From IMG/VR virus record IMGVR_UViG_3300012277_000001, positions 124,001 to 188,000 of that record: DNA of 64,000 nt; one strand, written 5' to 3'. Source of the stretch: an uncultured virus (IMG/VR IMGVR_UViG_3300012277_000001) (lineage: Duplodnaviria; Heunggongvirae; Uroviricota; Caudoviricetes). The position numbers and the translations under genes are program-made. Below the pieces are notes generated by a model that ran no database searches, had not been told where the DNA came from, and saw nothing but the letters and a program-made list of their open reading frames with translations. This document shows, in pieces, positions 17,217-27,354 of this stretch (its first letter is position 1; every line of letters starts with the position of its first letter).

Positions 17217-20114
17217 TTAACGGGAACGACCGCCCGCCATGATCATGAGCGGTGCACCGTTGTGAGTTGTAACACCACCACCGCCAGTGCCAACCGCTGT
17301 ACCACCACCGCCCCCGAGTTTCGAGGCACCCAGCGCATTAGGCTTGGCCAGTGTTGGGTTCATCGGTTCATGCATCAGCATTCCCACATATTCCTCTTCC
17401 ATCAATCCCCAAAGCAGAAGAGCCATTGCGCGCCAGTTGTCGTCGGTGTAACCGTCACCTTTGCCAACCCCTTTTTCAAGGTCTTTAATGGTGAACATTT
17501 GCTTGAACAAATGCGCAATCGGACGATCTTTGTAAAATTCGCGATAGTTGGAATCCAGTACATCCAGCAGAGTGCTAACCTTCAACTCGGATTTAGGCAA
17601 AATAATCTGCCCTTGTTCCATCCGCGTTCTGACCCCAACCATATCGACGTATTTCAAGCTGTGTTGCTTGGCAATAAAGCTTGGCATGCCGTCGTCGGCT
17701 TCCGGATCACCCATATCTAGGGCCGCGTCATCCAGCAGTTTCAGCGAGTTCCAGCGGTCGGCCAGCAGAACTTTCACATTCCGCTTTTGCATGATCGGCA
17801 AAATCACTTCCGAATAAACCATCGAATGGTTAATGCGGAATCCGGGCAGCGGAATAATCTCACCGATCAGGTCTACGACTAAATTAAAATTCTCGTCGAG
17901 GTGGCCACAGGCAATAGAGAAACTGTTGTCCTTTTCCCCGGCGTCGATTGCCAGAATGGAGGCCTTGCCGCTCTTTTTGCACTTCTCGATTTCAGCCCAC
18001 ATTTGCGACTGGCCGAGGCGCTTGCTGTTCTTGAATTTCGTAACGAGTTTAACCACGTTCTTCACCTCGCCTTCACAGTCCATGATGAACTTGTGGTTGG
18101 AAAGGAACGGGTTGGCAATCATCGGCGGGTTGGCCCCGAAGTTTTTCTCGGCAGAAACCGGATCTTTCCGATAGGCCTCAACAATGATTTTCGAATTGCG
18201 TTTGAAGTTCGGGTTTACCATCCAAGTCGGACGATGAATGCCGTAGATCGAACCGCCTTCCTTAGCGCGGTTCAGCAGTTCGTGAATCATGTCGTTTTTC
18301 GAAGTCGGAGAAGAAACGTTCATGGCGTAAGCGCTCAGAACGTCGTCAAATCCGCGATTCAGCAGTGCATCAGCGGCCCCGCGTACAGTGAACAAACTGT
18401 TGACCAATGCATCATAAACTTCGTATGCACTGATCTTCACTTTGTTGGAATCTTTGTCCGCATCAAAGTACGCGATTTCGTCGATGGAAATAAATACGCG
18501 GGTACGACCACGCATGACCCGCTTGTCAGGCCCCATCGGGTGATACTGCAAACCACGAACACGGAAGTCAACGAAGGTATCCGTCAACTTGAACAGCTTT
18601 TCGCCGTAAACGTTTTCGTAGTGCTTGAGCATCCCGAAATACTGCTTGAACCACTGACCTTCCACCAGAGCGCCGTAGAAGGGGGTCCACAGCGTATCCT
18701 TGGCTTGGGTATAGGTCAGGGCCGCAAACGTCCCTTGGAGCATCGTGGTACGCGACAGGCCGTAGAACTGGGCGGGCTTCTGAAGCTTCAGCAGGCGGTG
18801 CAGATGATAGGGGGCTAGGTAGGTGCCAACGGTGTGTGATTTGCCGCTGTTGTGCGAGAGGATGCCGCCCGTGATGAACTGGTGCGTCTTGGGCAGTGTG
18901 AAATCGTAGGTCGTCTGCACACCGGCTTCGGTGACGGCGACAATACGATCAGTGATGGTGCCACGGCTCCAGTTGTCTTGCTGCAAATTCTGGAATGTGG
19001 CGGAATCGAGTTGAATGCACGGGCCGTCAATCGTGTGCGGATACCCGGCATTCAGTAGGAGGGCGCTTACATCGAAAAGCGCAGATGTGCCGACAAGTAC
19101 CCGGCGCGCTTCACGGAACAAACCTTGCAAAAATGCTACTTGATCTTGCTCGCGTGCGGTACGAACCGTCAGCGGCAAAACGGTGTTAAAGAAATTCTCA
19201 CCGGCCTTACGGGCGTTGGGCAGCACGCCTTGACCGAAGACGCGCTGGCCGTAGTGAATTTCCAGTTCTGTATCAGGCTCCAATTCTCCGATGGTAACGA
19301 AACCATCTTTGACCATGATCGGGTGATCAGTTGTGCCAGTAACAGAGAAACCACGTGCAGTATCCACCCGGAAAACCATTTCAGGTTCCGCGACGAAGTA
19401 ATGCGACGTGGTTTCGAATTCTTGCCCGTTGTGGATCGCCGTTTCAAACTCGGTGAAACCCACAGGTGCATTTGGATAAATTTCATCAATGTGCAGCAAA
19501 CCAGCAGCCGATAGAACCGGCGTACTACCGATAACACAACGCTGCCCGGCGTTGATTGCCAGTTCGTTGTAGTACGGCATCAAACCTTTTGCCACGGCTT
19601 GTGAACGACCGAGGCCACAGCTAGGACAAACGCCGTGTTCCAGCACGCAGACTTTACGCTCGAATTTCGAATACGTGTCGTCTACCTTGTGCGTGTCCAA
19701 CATCCATTCCATGTCAGTGCATTTCGGGCAGTAGTCGTTGAATGCAACGATGCCCCACAGCAGCTGCTCAAGGAACGGTCGTTCGTCACCGATGGTGCCG
19801 AAACGATCTTGCGTAACCCACTCATAGAAGTTCGCGGCAGTGGGTAAATCACTGTCGTCGATTTTCATGTCCTTGGGGATTACGACTTTGGACGCCATCA
19901 ATTCGCGAATTGTTTTCGCGATGTTGATTTCTGAATCCACATCCATCGAAGTCAGCATGGATGCAGCAGATTTGCCCATGTGCTCAATGTCGTTGTGCAC
20001 CGGAGTCCGCCCGGTTTCCTTCAGATTCAGAAGGTAATCGAACGGATTTTCCTGCGAGACTACGACACGTTTGTCAGGGACTAAAATGCCCCCCTTCGAA
20101 CGTTTCATTTTCAT
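17217..20114 (-). CDS. terL: Terminase large subunit (intein-containing)
   Basis: Walker A GQR|SGKS split by an intein; Walker B ISIDE; VSSP coupling motif; nuclease AIDAG, ADRW, YTDD. Start reassigned to ATG 20114 (ATGA overlap). Confidence 0.9.
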   Translation of the reverse strand: MKMKRSKGGILVPDKRVVVSQENPFDYLLNLKETGRTPVHNDIEHMGKSAASMLTSMDVDSEINIAKTIRELMASKVVIPKDMKIDDSDLPTAANFYEWVTQDRFGTIGDERPFLEQLLWGIVAFNDYCPKCTDMEWMLDTHKVDDTYSKFERKVCVLEHGVCPSCGLGRSQAVAKGLMPYYNELAINAGQRCVIGSTPVLSAAGLLHIDEIYPNAPVGFTEFETAIHNGQEFETTSHYFVAEPEMVFRVDTARGFSVTGTTDHPIMVKDGFVTIGELEPDTELEIHYGQRVFGQGVLPNARKAGENFFNTVLPLTVRTAREQDQVAFLQGLFREARRVLVGTSALFDVSALLLNAGYPHTIDGPCIQLDSATFQNLQQDNWSRGTITDRIVAVTEAGVQTTYDFTLPKTHQFITGGILSHNSGKSHTVGTYLAPYHLHRLLKLQKPAQFYGLSRTTMLQGTFAALTYTQAKDTLWTPFYGALVEGQWFKQYFGMLKHYENVYGEKLFKLTDTFVDFRVRGLQYHPMGPDKRVMRGRTRVFISIDEIAYFDADKDSNKVKISAYEVYDALVNSLFTVRGAADALLNRGFDDVLSAYAMNVSSPTSKNDMIHELLNRAKEGGSIYGIHRPTWMVNPNFKRNSKIIVEAYRKDPVSAEKNFGANPPMIANPFLSNHKFIMDCEGEVKNVVKLVTKFKNSKRLGQSQMWAEIEKCKKSGKASILAIDAGEKDNSFSIACGHLDENFNLVVDLIGEIIPLPGFRINHSMVYSEVILPIMQKRNVKVLLADRWNSLKLLDDAALDMGDPEADDGMPSFIAKQHSLKYVDMVGVRTRMEQGQIILPKSELKVSTLLDVLDSNYREFYKDRPIAHLFKQMFTIKDLEKGVGKGDGYTDDNWRAMALLLWGLMEEEYVGMLMHEPMNPTLAKPNALGASKLGGGGGTAVGTGGGGVTTHNGAPLMIMAGGRSR
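18849..19538 (-). mobile_element. Intein (230 aa) with degenerate LAGLIDADG remnant
   Basis: Begins CVIGST, block B TGTTDHPI, ends YDFT...ILSHN with +1 Ser; AFLQGLF remnant. Confidence 0.9.
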
Positions 20115-20887
20115 TGTTTGCGTGTACCTCGAACACCCCATAACGTAGGTATTGGGTCGTTCTGCTGTTGCATGCGGTTAACGTAGTCAGGTTCTTCTTT
20201 GGCGCGTACACGGGCGTATAGCTCCTTTTGATTGCTGATGCCTCGCCGCATCGCTTCGCCCACGTCGTGTTTGTCGAGGGCATGTGCGGTTTTTTCGGCA
20301 AGGAAAGCAGAGACTTTTTCGATGTAGGATTCTTGCTGAATCGCCGTAAGGTTCGATGTGGCTTTTACCATGGCTGCCAGTGCATCGAGGCGTGCAAGTG
20401 GAACGAAGGCGCTAAGCAGCGCCTTGTCCATGTCTAATTCGATATCGAGGCCGCTAAGCAAAGCAGCCTCAACATACTCGGCGGCCTCATGCAAAGCGTT
20501 GAGGGAGGCCGCGCTTTTGTAGAAAAGTTTTTTGTAACCTTCAAGGTCGCGACCCATGCTGTCGTTGAACTGCAACAACTCGGAATCTGGAACCTCGAAC
20601 TCGTTCATTGCGAGCGGGGTTTCCGGATCATCGTAGTAGTTGATATTTTCGTGACGTGTGAGGGGAATATCGCGGGGAATGTCCATGGCCAACGCTTCAG
20701 CGTAGCGCCACGGCGGTATTGCGGGGTCACAACGGAATGTGCCGTTTGGGACCGCTCGATGTTCGACGGCGAAGACGTTTTTCGTAGGGAATCCGTCGCT
20801 ATGCCCTACACGGGTGTTGCCTGCAACAATGTCGATGTGTTCACTGCGCGTTAATTCTTCAAGAGAGCGCGGCAGGCCCATCATCAT
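20111..20887 (-). CDS. Hypothetical helical protein immediately upstream of terL (small-terminase position)
   Basis: Coupled to terL by ATGA; start uncertain (ATGs at 20881-20887); function by position only. Confidence 0.55.
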   Translation of the reverse strand: MMMGLPRSLEELTRSEHIDIVAGNTRVGHSDGFPTKNVFAVEHRAVPNGTFRCDPAIPPWRYAEALAMDIPRDIPLTRHENINYYDDPETPLAMNEFEVPDSELLQFNDSMGRDLEGYKKLFYKSAASLNALHEAAEYVEAALLSGLDIELDMDKALLSAFVPLARLDALAAMVKATSNLTAIQQESYIEKVSAFLAEKTAHALDKHDVGEAMRRGISNQKELYARVRAKEEPDYVNRMQQQNDPIPTLWGVRGTRKQ

Positions 20888-22370
20888 ACCGGAGAAGCTT
20901 GGTTCCGGATTTAGATTTTTTCTTTTTCTTTGGGTTGAGTTCTTCTTCGAGGTCGGTCCCTTTTGACTTGAGCTTTTTGGTTTTGCCGTCTTTGAGCTTT
21001 CCGGTTTTTTCTTCACCTTTGAGCTTTTTCTTTTTCGGCTTTCCGTTGGTGTCTCCATCGTCATCTTCAAACTCAAGATTGCCCCCACCCGTTGCCTGTT
21101 GCTGGCCGGGGTTGTAAATGGACATGATATCGAAGCGCTCTTCCATGTTGAACATGAAATTCGTTTCGCCGTCGCGGTCCTTGGAAACCAGCATAGGAAT
21201 TTCGCGAATCTCGCGCTGTTCCGGTCGGCTGTAGTTCCACTGGATAACGCAGTCGGCGTGCTCCTTCATACCCTTGGAATAACGCATGGCTTCTTTTTCG
21301 TCGTCCAGCTGGGCAAGCAGGATAACAAGGGCGCCGGTTTCTTGGGTGTAGTTCTTTGCGATACGTGCGGCATCCATCAGAGATTTCCACTGGTCTTTGC
21401 CCGAGTCTTCGTTCAAAAGGCCGATGTAGTCGATGATGATTACTTTGTAGCCGAAAGGCTTGGCGAGTTGCAGCGTCTCTTCCATCGACAGACCGCCTTT
21501 AGGGCAGTGAATCGTATGGTGAATGCCGTGTTTCTCACCGTGATCAGCCAGCATTTTCTCAACGGCGCGGACTTTCTTTTTGTCCTCAGCCGTAAGCTTG
21601 GCATGCTTGAACCGTTTGAGTGGGATACCCGTTTTGTGCGAATACAATCGCTGGGTTTCCTGAATCTCCTGCATTTCGAGCGAGACGCGGAAGACACTCA
21701 GATTTTGTTCGAGGAACATTTGAAGGCCGATGTTCATCGAGACGATGGACTTACCCCCGGAAGTGGTGGCCGCCAAGAACACAACGCCGGTATCAGGGAA
21801 CCCGCCGTTGGTCTTGTCGTATTCAGCCAGCCCGGTCGGAATACGCGGCAATGTTTCGTTGCGACAAATCCGGTCGGTTACATCCTTCGAGTTCGCATCC
21901 TTACCGAAGCGTAGGAAGCTTACGTCTTGATGCTTCGCAGCAGTGGCTTTCGTGATTTCCTGCGTGACTTGTGTGAGCAAATTTTCCGCATCACACGAAG
22001 TCTGTTCGAGCGCAGTGTAGATGCGTTCCGCCACGGTACGCATCACACGAATTTTGCGAAACTCTTCAAGCGTTTCCAGCGTTTCTTTCAACTGCGATTT
22101 CTTGAGGCACGGTTTCTCGTTTGTTTCTGCCAAGATTTCGCGAATGTCTTCGTCGAGGGAAGGGTCTTCAAGCAGACTCTTCCAACTGACGATCTTGAAA
22201 CGCTTACGCGCCAGCGATGTGATTCGCTCGAAAGCTTGTCGCATCACCGGCGTGTGGAAATGGTCCTTGTTGAGTTTGCCGAGCCACAGTGTGCGCTGTT
22301 CTTCTTTTAGCTTTTTGGTCGTTACGGTTAGCAACGCCCGGAGTTCAGCGGTTGGACTGTGAATCTGCAT
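20859..22370 (-). CDS. dnaB: DnaB-like replicative helicase
   Basis: IPTG, AATTSGGKS, SLEM, IIDYIGL, LAQL, KDRDG; Lys-rich tail. Confidence 0.92.
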   Translation of the reverse strand: MQIHSPTAELRALLTVTTKKLKEEQRTLWLGKLNKDHFHTPVMRQAFERITSLARKRFKIVSWKSLLEDPSLDEDIREILAETNEKPCLKKSQLKETLETLEEFRKIRVMRTVAERIYTALEQTSCDAENLLTQVTQEITKATAAKHQDVSFLRFGKDANSKDVTDRICRNETLPRIPTGLAEYDKTNGGFPDTGVVFLAATTSGGKSIVSMNIGLQMFLEQNLSVFRVSLEMQEIQETQRLYSHKTGIPLKRFKHAKLTAEDKKKVRAVEKMLADHGEKHGIHHTIHCPKGGLSMEETLQLAKPFGYKVIIIDYIGLLNEDSGKDQWKSLMDAARIAKNYTQETGALVILLAQLDDEKEAMRYSKGMKEHADCVIQWNYSRPEQREIREIPMLVSKDRDGETNFMFNMEERFDIMSIYNPGQQQATGGGNLEFEDDDGDTNGKPKKKKLKGEEKTGKLKDGKTKKLKSKGTDLEEELNPKKKKKSKSGTKLLRYDDGPAALS

Positions 22371-22380
22371 AGTTTACCTA

Positions 22381-22737
22381 CTACGACGCCAGCGGAATGG
22401 CCCCAAGTTGCGTTAAGTATTTTCTCCAAGCCGGGGCACGGCGCCGACGACGGTTGACGTGCACAATGTCATCTTCGTTCCACGTGGCCGGGTAAATACC
22501 GATCATATCCATGAAAACGAGAGACGCCAACGCGCTGTCAAATTCGACGCGTGTCACGTTGTAGCACGTGCGCTTCAGTTCGTTGAAGAGGCGCACGTTA
22601 GTTTGGTTCGCCTGCGTCCGGATCAGGGCGTAAAGTTCCTTAACGATCTGGCGCTTGTAGGTAAGGGGCGCATCGACTTTCCACAGTGCGAAAGCCGGGG
22701 CTTCCCACGTGATCAAATTTTCCTTTGCTGCATCCAT
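22381..22737 (-). CDS. Hypothetical protein
   Basis: TAATG-coupled ORF. Confidence 0.6.
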   Translation of the reverse strand: MDAAKENLITWEAPAFALWKVDAPLTYKRQIVKELYALIRTQANQTNVRLFNELKRTCYNVTRVEFDSALASLVFMDMIGIYPATWNEDDIVHVNRRRRRAPAWRKYLTQLGAIPLAS

Positions 22738-23840
22738 TAAGCAAACTCCTTATGGGCGGTCAGCACGCTACCGATGTAGCGAACAAAACGCATGAATGCC
22801 TCCTGATACACGCCGAGATATTCCGACAGCGTTTTGAGGAAAGCTTGATGCGATACCCGACGCTGGTAGTCTTGGTGATCCACACCGCGACCCAGCTTGT
22901 TTTTCTGTTTGAGGTAGCGAGTGAAACCCTCGTCCAGTTGGCCACTCAGAATTTTCAAAATCTTCAGCTTGCGGCCTTTGAAGCGCTCCATGAGACGGCC
23001 CAGCATGATTGCAGAATCGACGCATGGTGCGTGGTCTTCGTGCTGGCTCATGAGCGTTTCGTATTCCGACATGCCTTCTTCGTTGACGTGCGTCTGGTTT
23101 TCAGAGCGGCACACCAATTCGTATTTCTTGCCGCCGTAGCCGTCGTCGCCCGTCTCGATCATGCGACCGCGTTTGTCGGTCGTGTGTTTCTCGATCAGGT
23201 TTTTAGCTTCGTTGGTGGCGGCACGACGCAGGTAATTGACGATGTAGGCTTCTGGTTGCTTGGTCGGCATCAGCGAGTGGTAGGCGCGGATTACCTTGCA
23301 CGTCAATTCGCTGGTGAAATCTTTAACGGTATCGTTCTCGGCCTTGACCACGAACGAGAGTTTTTTGCGGGCACGGCTGCGAATGTGGCGCATGGCCTTT
23401 TCGAGATAGCCGTCTAGGGCCTTCTTGTCCCGGCGCATAGCAGCGTGCGACACATCCTGTGCGGTGATACCACGGCCCACGGCGTACGCCTTGATTTGGG
23501 CCTTGAAATTGCGCCGTGCGAAGTGCTGGCGCAGTAGACCAACATCCGAAGCCGACAGGTAGGCTTGGAGTTTGTTGTAAGCATCTGCGTTATTTGGGAC
23601 AAGCGAAAGGAACAAAGCCGCGTATTTCACATTTACCGCGAAATAGCTCTTCTCCATGAGGCCGAGTCGCAAGTCTTTACCGCTCTTACCTGTAACCGAC
23701 AGGTCGATGGTTTTGACGTTGCGCTGGAAATCGAAAGCAGAGTTCGCACCAGTCAAACACAAAATACTTTCCTCTACAAAACGCTTTCCGTCATTGGAAA
23801 GTGGATCGAGTCCGAGCTTGGAAATGTGTTTACCCAGCAT
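22737..23840 (-). CDS. Putative divergent sigma70/ECF-like transcription factor
   Basis: KDFTSEL..KVIRAY...NYLRRAATNEAKNLI resembles region 2; LMERFKGRKLKIL...LSEYLGV resembles region 4. Confidence 0.45.
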   Translation of the reverse strand: MLGKHISKLGLDPLSNDGKRFVEESILCLTGANSAFDFQRNVKTIDLSVTGKSGKDLRLGLMEKSYFAVNVKYAALFLSLVPNNADAYNKLQAYLSASDVGLLRQHFARRNFKAQIKAYAVGRGITAQDVSHAAMRRDKKALDGYLEKAMRHIRSRARKKLSFVVKAENDTVKDFTSELTCKVIRAYHSLMPTKQPEAYIVNYLRRAATNEAKNLIEKHTTDKRGRMIETGDDGYGGKKYELVCRSENQTHVNEEGMSEYETLMSQHEDHAPCVDSAIMLGRLMERFKGRKLKILKILSGQLDEGFTRYLKQKNKLGRGVDHQDYQRRVSHQAFLKTLSEYLGVYQEAFMRFVRYIGSVLTAHKEFA

Positions 23841-24808
23841 TATTCTGCACCCCCACGTACGTTACGAACATTGACCTTGGAACCGCGTTTCTTCTTCGAG
23901 CCGCTTTCTTCTTCGTCATCACCGCCACGATCACGTTTAACATCACGCTCCACAAAGTTAGAAGCGTTTTTGTCAACATCGTAACCGGCTGCTGCATCCT
24001 CGACCAGCGCAATAAGATCGGGCAGACCTTTCTTGCGGGCTTTGCGGACATTATTCGAAGAGAACACGTCATCAATTGTAGAAACGCCGATGCCTTCATC
24101 TGCCGCTTTATCGGCAAGGCCCGCGATACCCAAATTGAATTCTTCCTCATGGCGCCAGCGCCGAGAAATAAGGGTAGTCGCGTCAGGGTCTACCAGAGCG
24201 TTTTTGGCCAGCATGTTTTCGTACATGCCTTGGAATTCTTCCTCGGTGTGGATAACCGGGCGGCAATGCGCCCCGTAAGTCAGCACGCACCGACCATCTG
24301 CGCTCATGAGTTTGTAATGCTGTGAAGTCGCGTACATGACGTACGCTTGCATGAAGTTGGAAATGTAATTGCGTTTTGCTTGACCGCGATAGCGCACGTA
24401 GACTTTCTGCATGAAGGTCATGCCGTGGTTGCGGGTCACTGGCTCGTTGTGCATCAGGACGCTAAGGGCACGCAGGGCCTTTGGGTCGATGCTGGAAAGC
24501 AGGTCAGCGAGTTCGCTGATCTTGTCGGCGCCCATTTCCCCAACTGGGCGCGTGTTCGGCGAGAACTTCGGGCAGATACTCGATGCTTCGGTTTTAGGTT
24601 CGCGGTTCTTCGCGACTTCCTTTGCAGAAACGTTCGCCTTTTCGTCAGGCGTTTTCTTGGTCAGATTACCCTTCGGTACTTTGCCGCATGGGATGTTATT
24701 TCCTTCGACCAGTACGTCTTCATACAAACCGCTGCAATCACCACAGGTGGGGCTTACTTCGCGCAGACCCTTTGTTACCCGTGCCTTGATCCCTGATTGA
24801 ACGCTCAT
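23840..24808 (-). CDS. Hypothetical protein with N-terminal Cys cluster
   Basis: CGDC...C...C; basic C-terminus. Confidence 0.6.
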   Translation of the reverse strand: MSVQSGIKARVTKGLREVSPTCGDCSGLYEDVLVEGNNIPCGKVPKGNLTKKTPDEKANVSAKEVAKNREPKTEASSICPKFSPNTRPVGEMGADKISELADLLSSIDPKALRALSVLMHNEPVTRNHGMTFMQKVYVRYRGQAKRNYISNFMQAYVMYATSQHYKLMSADGRCVLTYGAHCRPVIHTEEEFQGMYENMLAKNALVDPDATTLISRRWRHEEEFNLGIAGLADKAADEGIGVSTIDDVFSSNNVRKARKKGLPDLIALVEDAAAGYDVDKNASNFVERDVKRDRGGDDEEESGSKKKRGSKVNVRNVRGGAE

Positions 24809-25262
24809 TTTCCAAATAGCCCCTATCTCTCAAAAATTCACTAATCGCAAGCACCATCGCTTTCTCTAGCGACGATACATTACTGTCCGATTTGTACAGT
24901 TGCAGTGCTGTGTGCAATGCCGGGGGCGCTTTAAACTGCATGACGTACTGTTTACCCACAACAGCTTCGTCAGACAAAATCGCCTCTACCAATATCTTCA
25001 GATATGGGCCAGCATTGTGCTCCATGGTTGGGTTCGCCCAATAGCGTTTTTGCTTTTTGGGGTCCAAACCTGCTCTAGTTTTCTTGACCTTTGCTACGAC
25101 CGCGACGGCGTGTGCGTGCAGCAGGTTATGGCATTGTGCACAAAGAGGAATTTGCAGGCTGTCTTTACCGCCCATTGATTGCGGAATGGTATGGTGCCAG
25201 TGTAGCAATTGGAACCACTTCTCGCAAATCGTGCATTCTCCCTCTTTGTAAAACTCGGCCAT
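24738..25262 (-). CDS. HNH endonuclease
   Basis: CTIC...WHHTIP..MGG...LCAQCHN.LH. Confidence 0.85.
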   Translation of the reverse strand: MAEFYKEGECTICEKWFQLLHWHHTIPQSMGGKDSLQIPLCAQCHNLLHAHAVAVVAKVKKTRAGLDPKKQKRYWANPTMEHNAGPYLKILVEAILSDEAVVGKQYVMQFKAPPALHTALQLYKSDSNVSSLEKAMVLAISEFLRDRGYLENERSIRDQGTGNKGSARSKPHLW

Positions 25263-26482
25263 TAATCCTTGCTTTCAGTCATTTTGTGACGGGGAATATC
25301 CCACTGCACTTTGGTATTGTTCAAAGTGTTCGTGAGGTTCCGACGCACACGCTCTTCGATCAACCACACAAGGGCAATGCGTGGATTGTTCGGGTTACGG
25401 ACGATGGTATCGGATGCAACGGCAAACGAGGTGCCGGTATGGCGTGCGGTTTCGTTGATTTGACCAACGATATCGCTAATGGCTACCTCTAGCTCGTTGT
25501 TATTATTTACAGTTTTCATTTTCTGGCCGTCGCGGGTCAAACGCAACGAACCTTTTACCCCGATACGATCAAGGTCGATACACAGCAGCATCTGGTCTTC
25601 GAGGACCAAGAAATGATCGCCAATTCGTTTAACGGACAGCCCTGCGTTTTCCAGACGCGAAGGGTTTTTGTAGGCGCCGATATCTTGGAAAATCGGAACA
25701 ACAGGATAGTAAACCATCGAGAAAGGATGGCGCAATTGACGCGGCAGGCGGCGAACCAGTTCCTTGTAGGATTCGGAGAGTTCCGCCAAGTCGTCGTCAT
25801 GTTTCTGGACAAGTTCACGTTTCAACGCCGAAAGCTTGGCCTTGCTCTTCGGGTCGTTGAGGTCGGCAGCCAGAATTTCCGGATAGGTGATTTGGTTCCA
25901 CTTGCTTTCCGGATCTTTCTTGGGCTTGCCGCCCTCGGTGAATTCGCCAGTATACGGACGGATCGACCGCAATTGAGATAGGGTGAAATTGCGGTCGAGG
26001 AATTCGGCCACGTCGGTCAGCGCATCTTCCAGAGGGCGCTTAACGCCTGCGACAAGCAACGTGCCGGGATCGAAGGCCTTAACCAGACGTTCGATTTCTT
26101 CGGCTTTGTCTTCGTCGGAAGCGTAGCTGTTGCGCACCTGTTCTTTTTGGTTGGCAGACAGACCGCCATCCAATTGCTGCACCAGCGCAGCGTGAAGGGT
26201 GCCGACGTGATCGTGCGAGATTTTCCGAATCGGGGTGAGATTGGAAAATACATCGTTACGGAGGCCGTCCGCTGTTTCTTTGACCAGTTTCCGGATCTTC
26301 AGAAGTGTGGACTTGGTGCCGGGTGGCAGGCTGCCTTGGTTGACCAAGACAGTGCATTCACTGGAAATGGTTTCCAGCGAGGCGATGATTGCGCGTTTGC
26401 TTTTCAGCGTGAGTTTTGCCATGCCTTCTTCGAATGCAGTAAGCGCATTCAAGACGGCATCGAATTTAGCGTGGTTAGACAC
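25262..26482 (-). CDS. Hypothetical protein
   Basis: 406-aa ORF with GGGGA RBS, coupled to the HNH gene. Confidence 0.7.
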   Translation of the reverse strand: MSNHAKFDAVLNALTAFEEGMAKLTLKSKRAIIASLETISSECTVLVNQGSLPPGTKSTLLKIRKLVKETADGLRNDVFSNLTPIRKISHDHVGTLHAALVQQLDGGLSANQKEQVRNSYASDEDKAEEIERLVKAFDPGTLLVAGVKRPLEDALTDVAEFLDRNFTLSQLRSIRPYTGEFTEGGKPKKDPESKWNQITYPEILAADLNDPKSKAKLSALKRELVQKHDDDLAELSESYKELVRRLPRQLRHPFSMVYYPVVPIFQDIGAYKNPSRLENAGLSVKRIGDHFLVLEDQMLLCIDLDRIGVKGSLRLTRDGQKMKTVNNNNELEVAISDIVGQINETARHTGTSFAVASDTIVRNPNNPRIALVWLIEERVRRNLTNTLNNTKVQWDIPRHKMTESKD

Positions 26483-26589
26483 TATTCAATCCCCGATTAA
26501 ACGTAGTAAGGGCCTTTTTTGGCCCGGTAATATGAAATTACCATTGGCTCCACAGCCTTGTCAGCTGCCATCTGTGCTCACATTTATGG

Positions 26590-27033
26590 TTAGCGAGTCA
26601 TCAGAAGCGTTGTGGCGTTTGCCTCTTTGCAGTTGGGTATCCGAGCGCGAACCTGAAACCCACAAGCAAGATAACAGGCAAAGGCTGCGAAATTCTCTTC
26701 GACTACGAATAGGTTAATCGGGGTTAGCACATTGTGACGTTCTACCACCAGCCCACGAAGGCGGGCCAGTAATCGAGTCGCCACCTTTTTACGGCGGTGT
26801 ACTTCCTGCACATGCACGTTATGAATGAACGTGCCTTGTTCGTTAGAGGTCGCCAAAATATAGCCGACGACTTCTGGTTGGCCGTTTGCATCTTTGCAGC
26901 TGGCCATGACGACCACGCTATCTTTGCGTGGAATGTGATCTGCAATGTAACCAATTGAAGCTGCGCATCCGTTAGACATAGCGGGCAGGCAAGTGAAATC
27001 CCCAGCCTCGAATGTCTGATAGTCGATATCCAT
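26590..27033 (-). CDS. RimI-like GNAT acetyltransferase
   Basis: VHVQEVHRRKKVATRLL and LFV.EEN.AA...Y..CGF. Confidence 0.8.
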   Translation of the reverse strand: MDIDYQTFEAGDFTCLPAMSNGCAASIGYIADHIPRKDSVVVMASCKDANGQPEVVGYILATSNEQGTFIHNVHVQEVHRRKKVATRLLARLRGLVVERHNVLTPINLFVVEENFAAFACYLACGFQVRARIPNCKEANATTLLMTR

Positions 27034-27059
27034 ATACCGATCCTTTTCAAATACTACGG

Positions 27060-27320
27060 GTCTATTGCGGTCGCATTGGGTGCGTCGTGAAACTTCCCAA
27101 ATTGTGTAAGTGCCGTGTTACAGGCGTCAACCTGCAACCCACTAATACTACCACAATCAACGACTTACGCAAGGTTACGCTATATGGGAAGTTTCCCCCA
27201 CAGGCCCCAGCCAGCAGGGCCGGGCGGTGTGCCGTGGGCCTAGCACACTGTGACAGAGTGTGTCAACGCTGGGTTCCATCGGAGTTCGTGACAGCCGACG
27301 AACGGGCTTGCCATCTAGAA
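27060..27320 (+). ncRNA. Candidate structured RNA/DNA element
   Basis: Nested stems, a possible H-type pseudoknot and hairpins; strand inferred from G-U pairs. Confidence 0.35.
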
Positions 27321-27354
27321 TTTTGTGTGAGTTGGATTTTATCGAGTGTCTCAG

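Noticed and set aside
27034..27354. tmRNA or tRNA identity for the structured region
   Set aside because: No acceptor stem, T-loop/CCA end or tag frame could be identified by eye.
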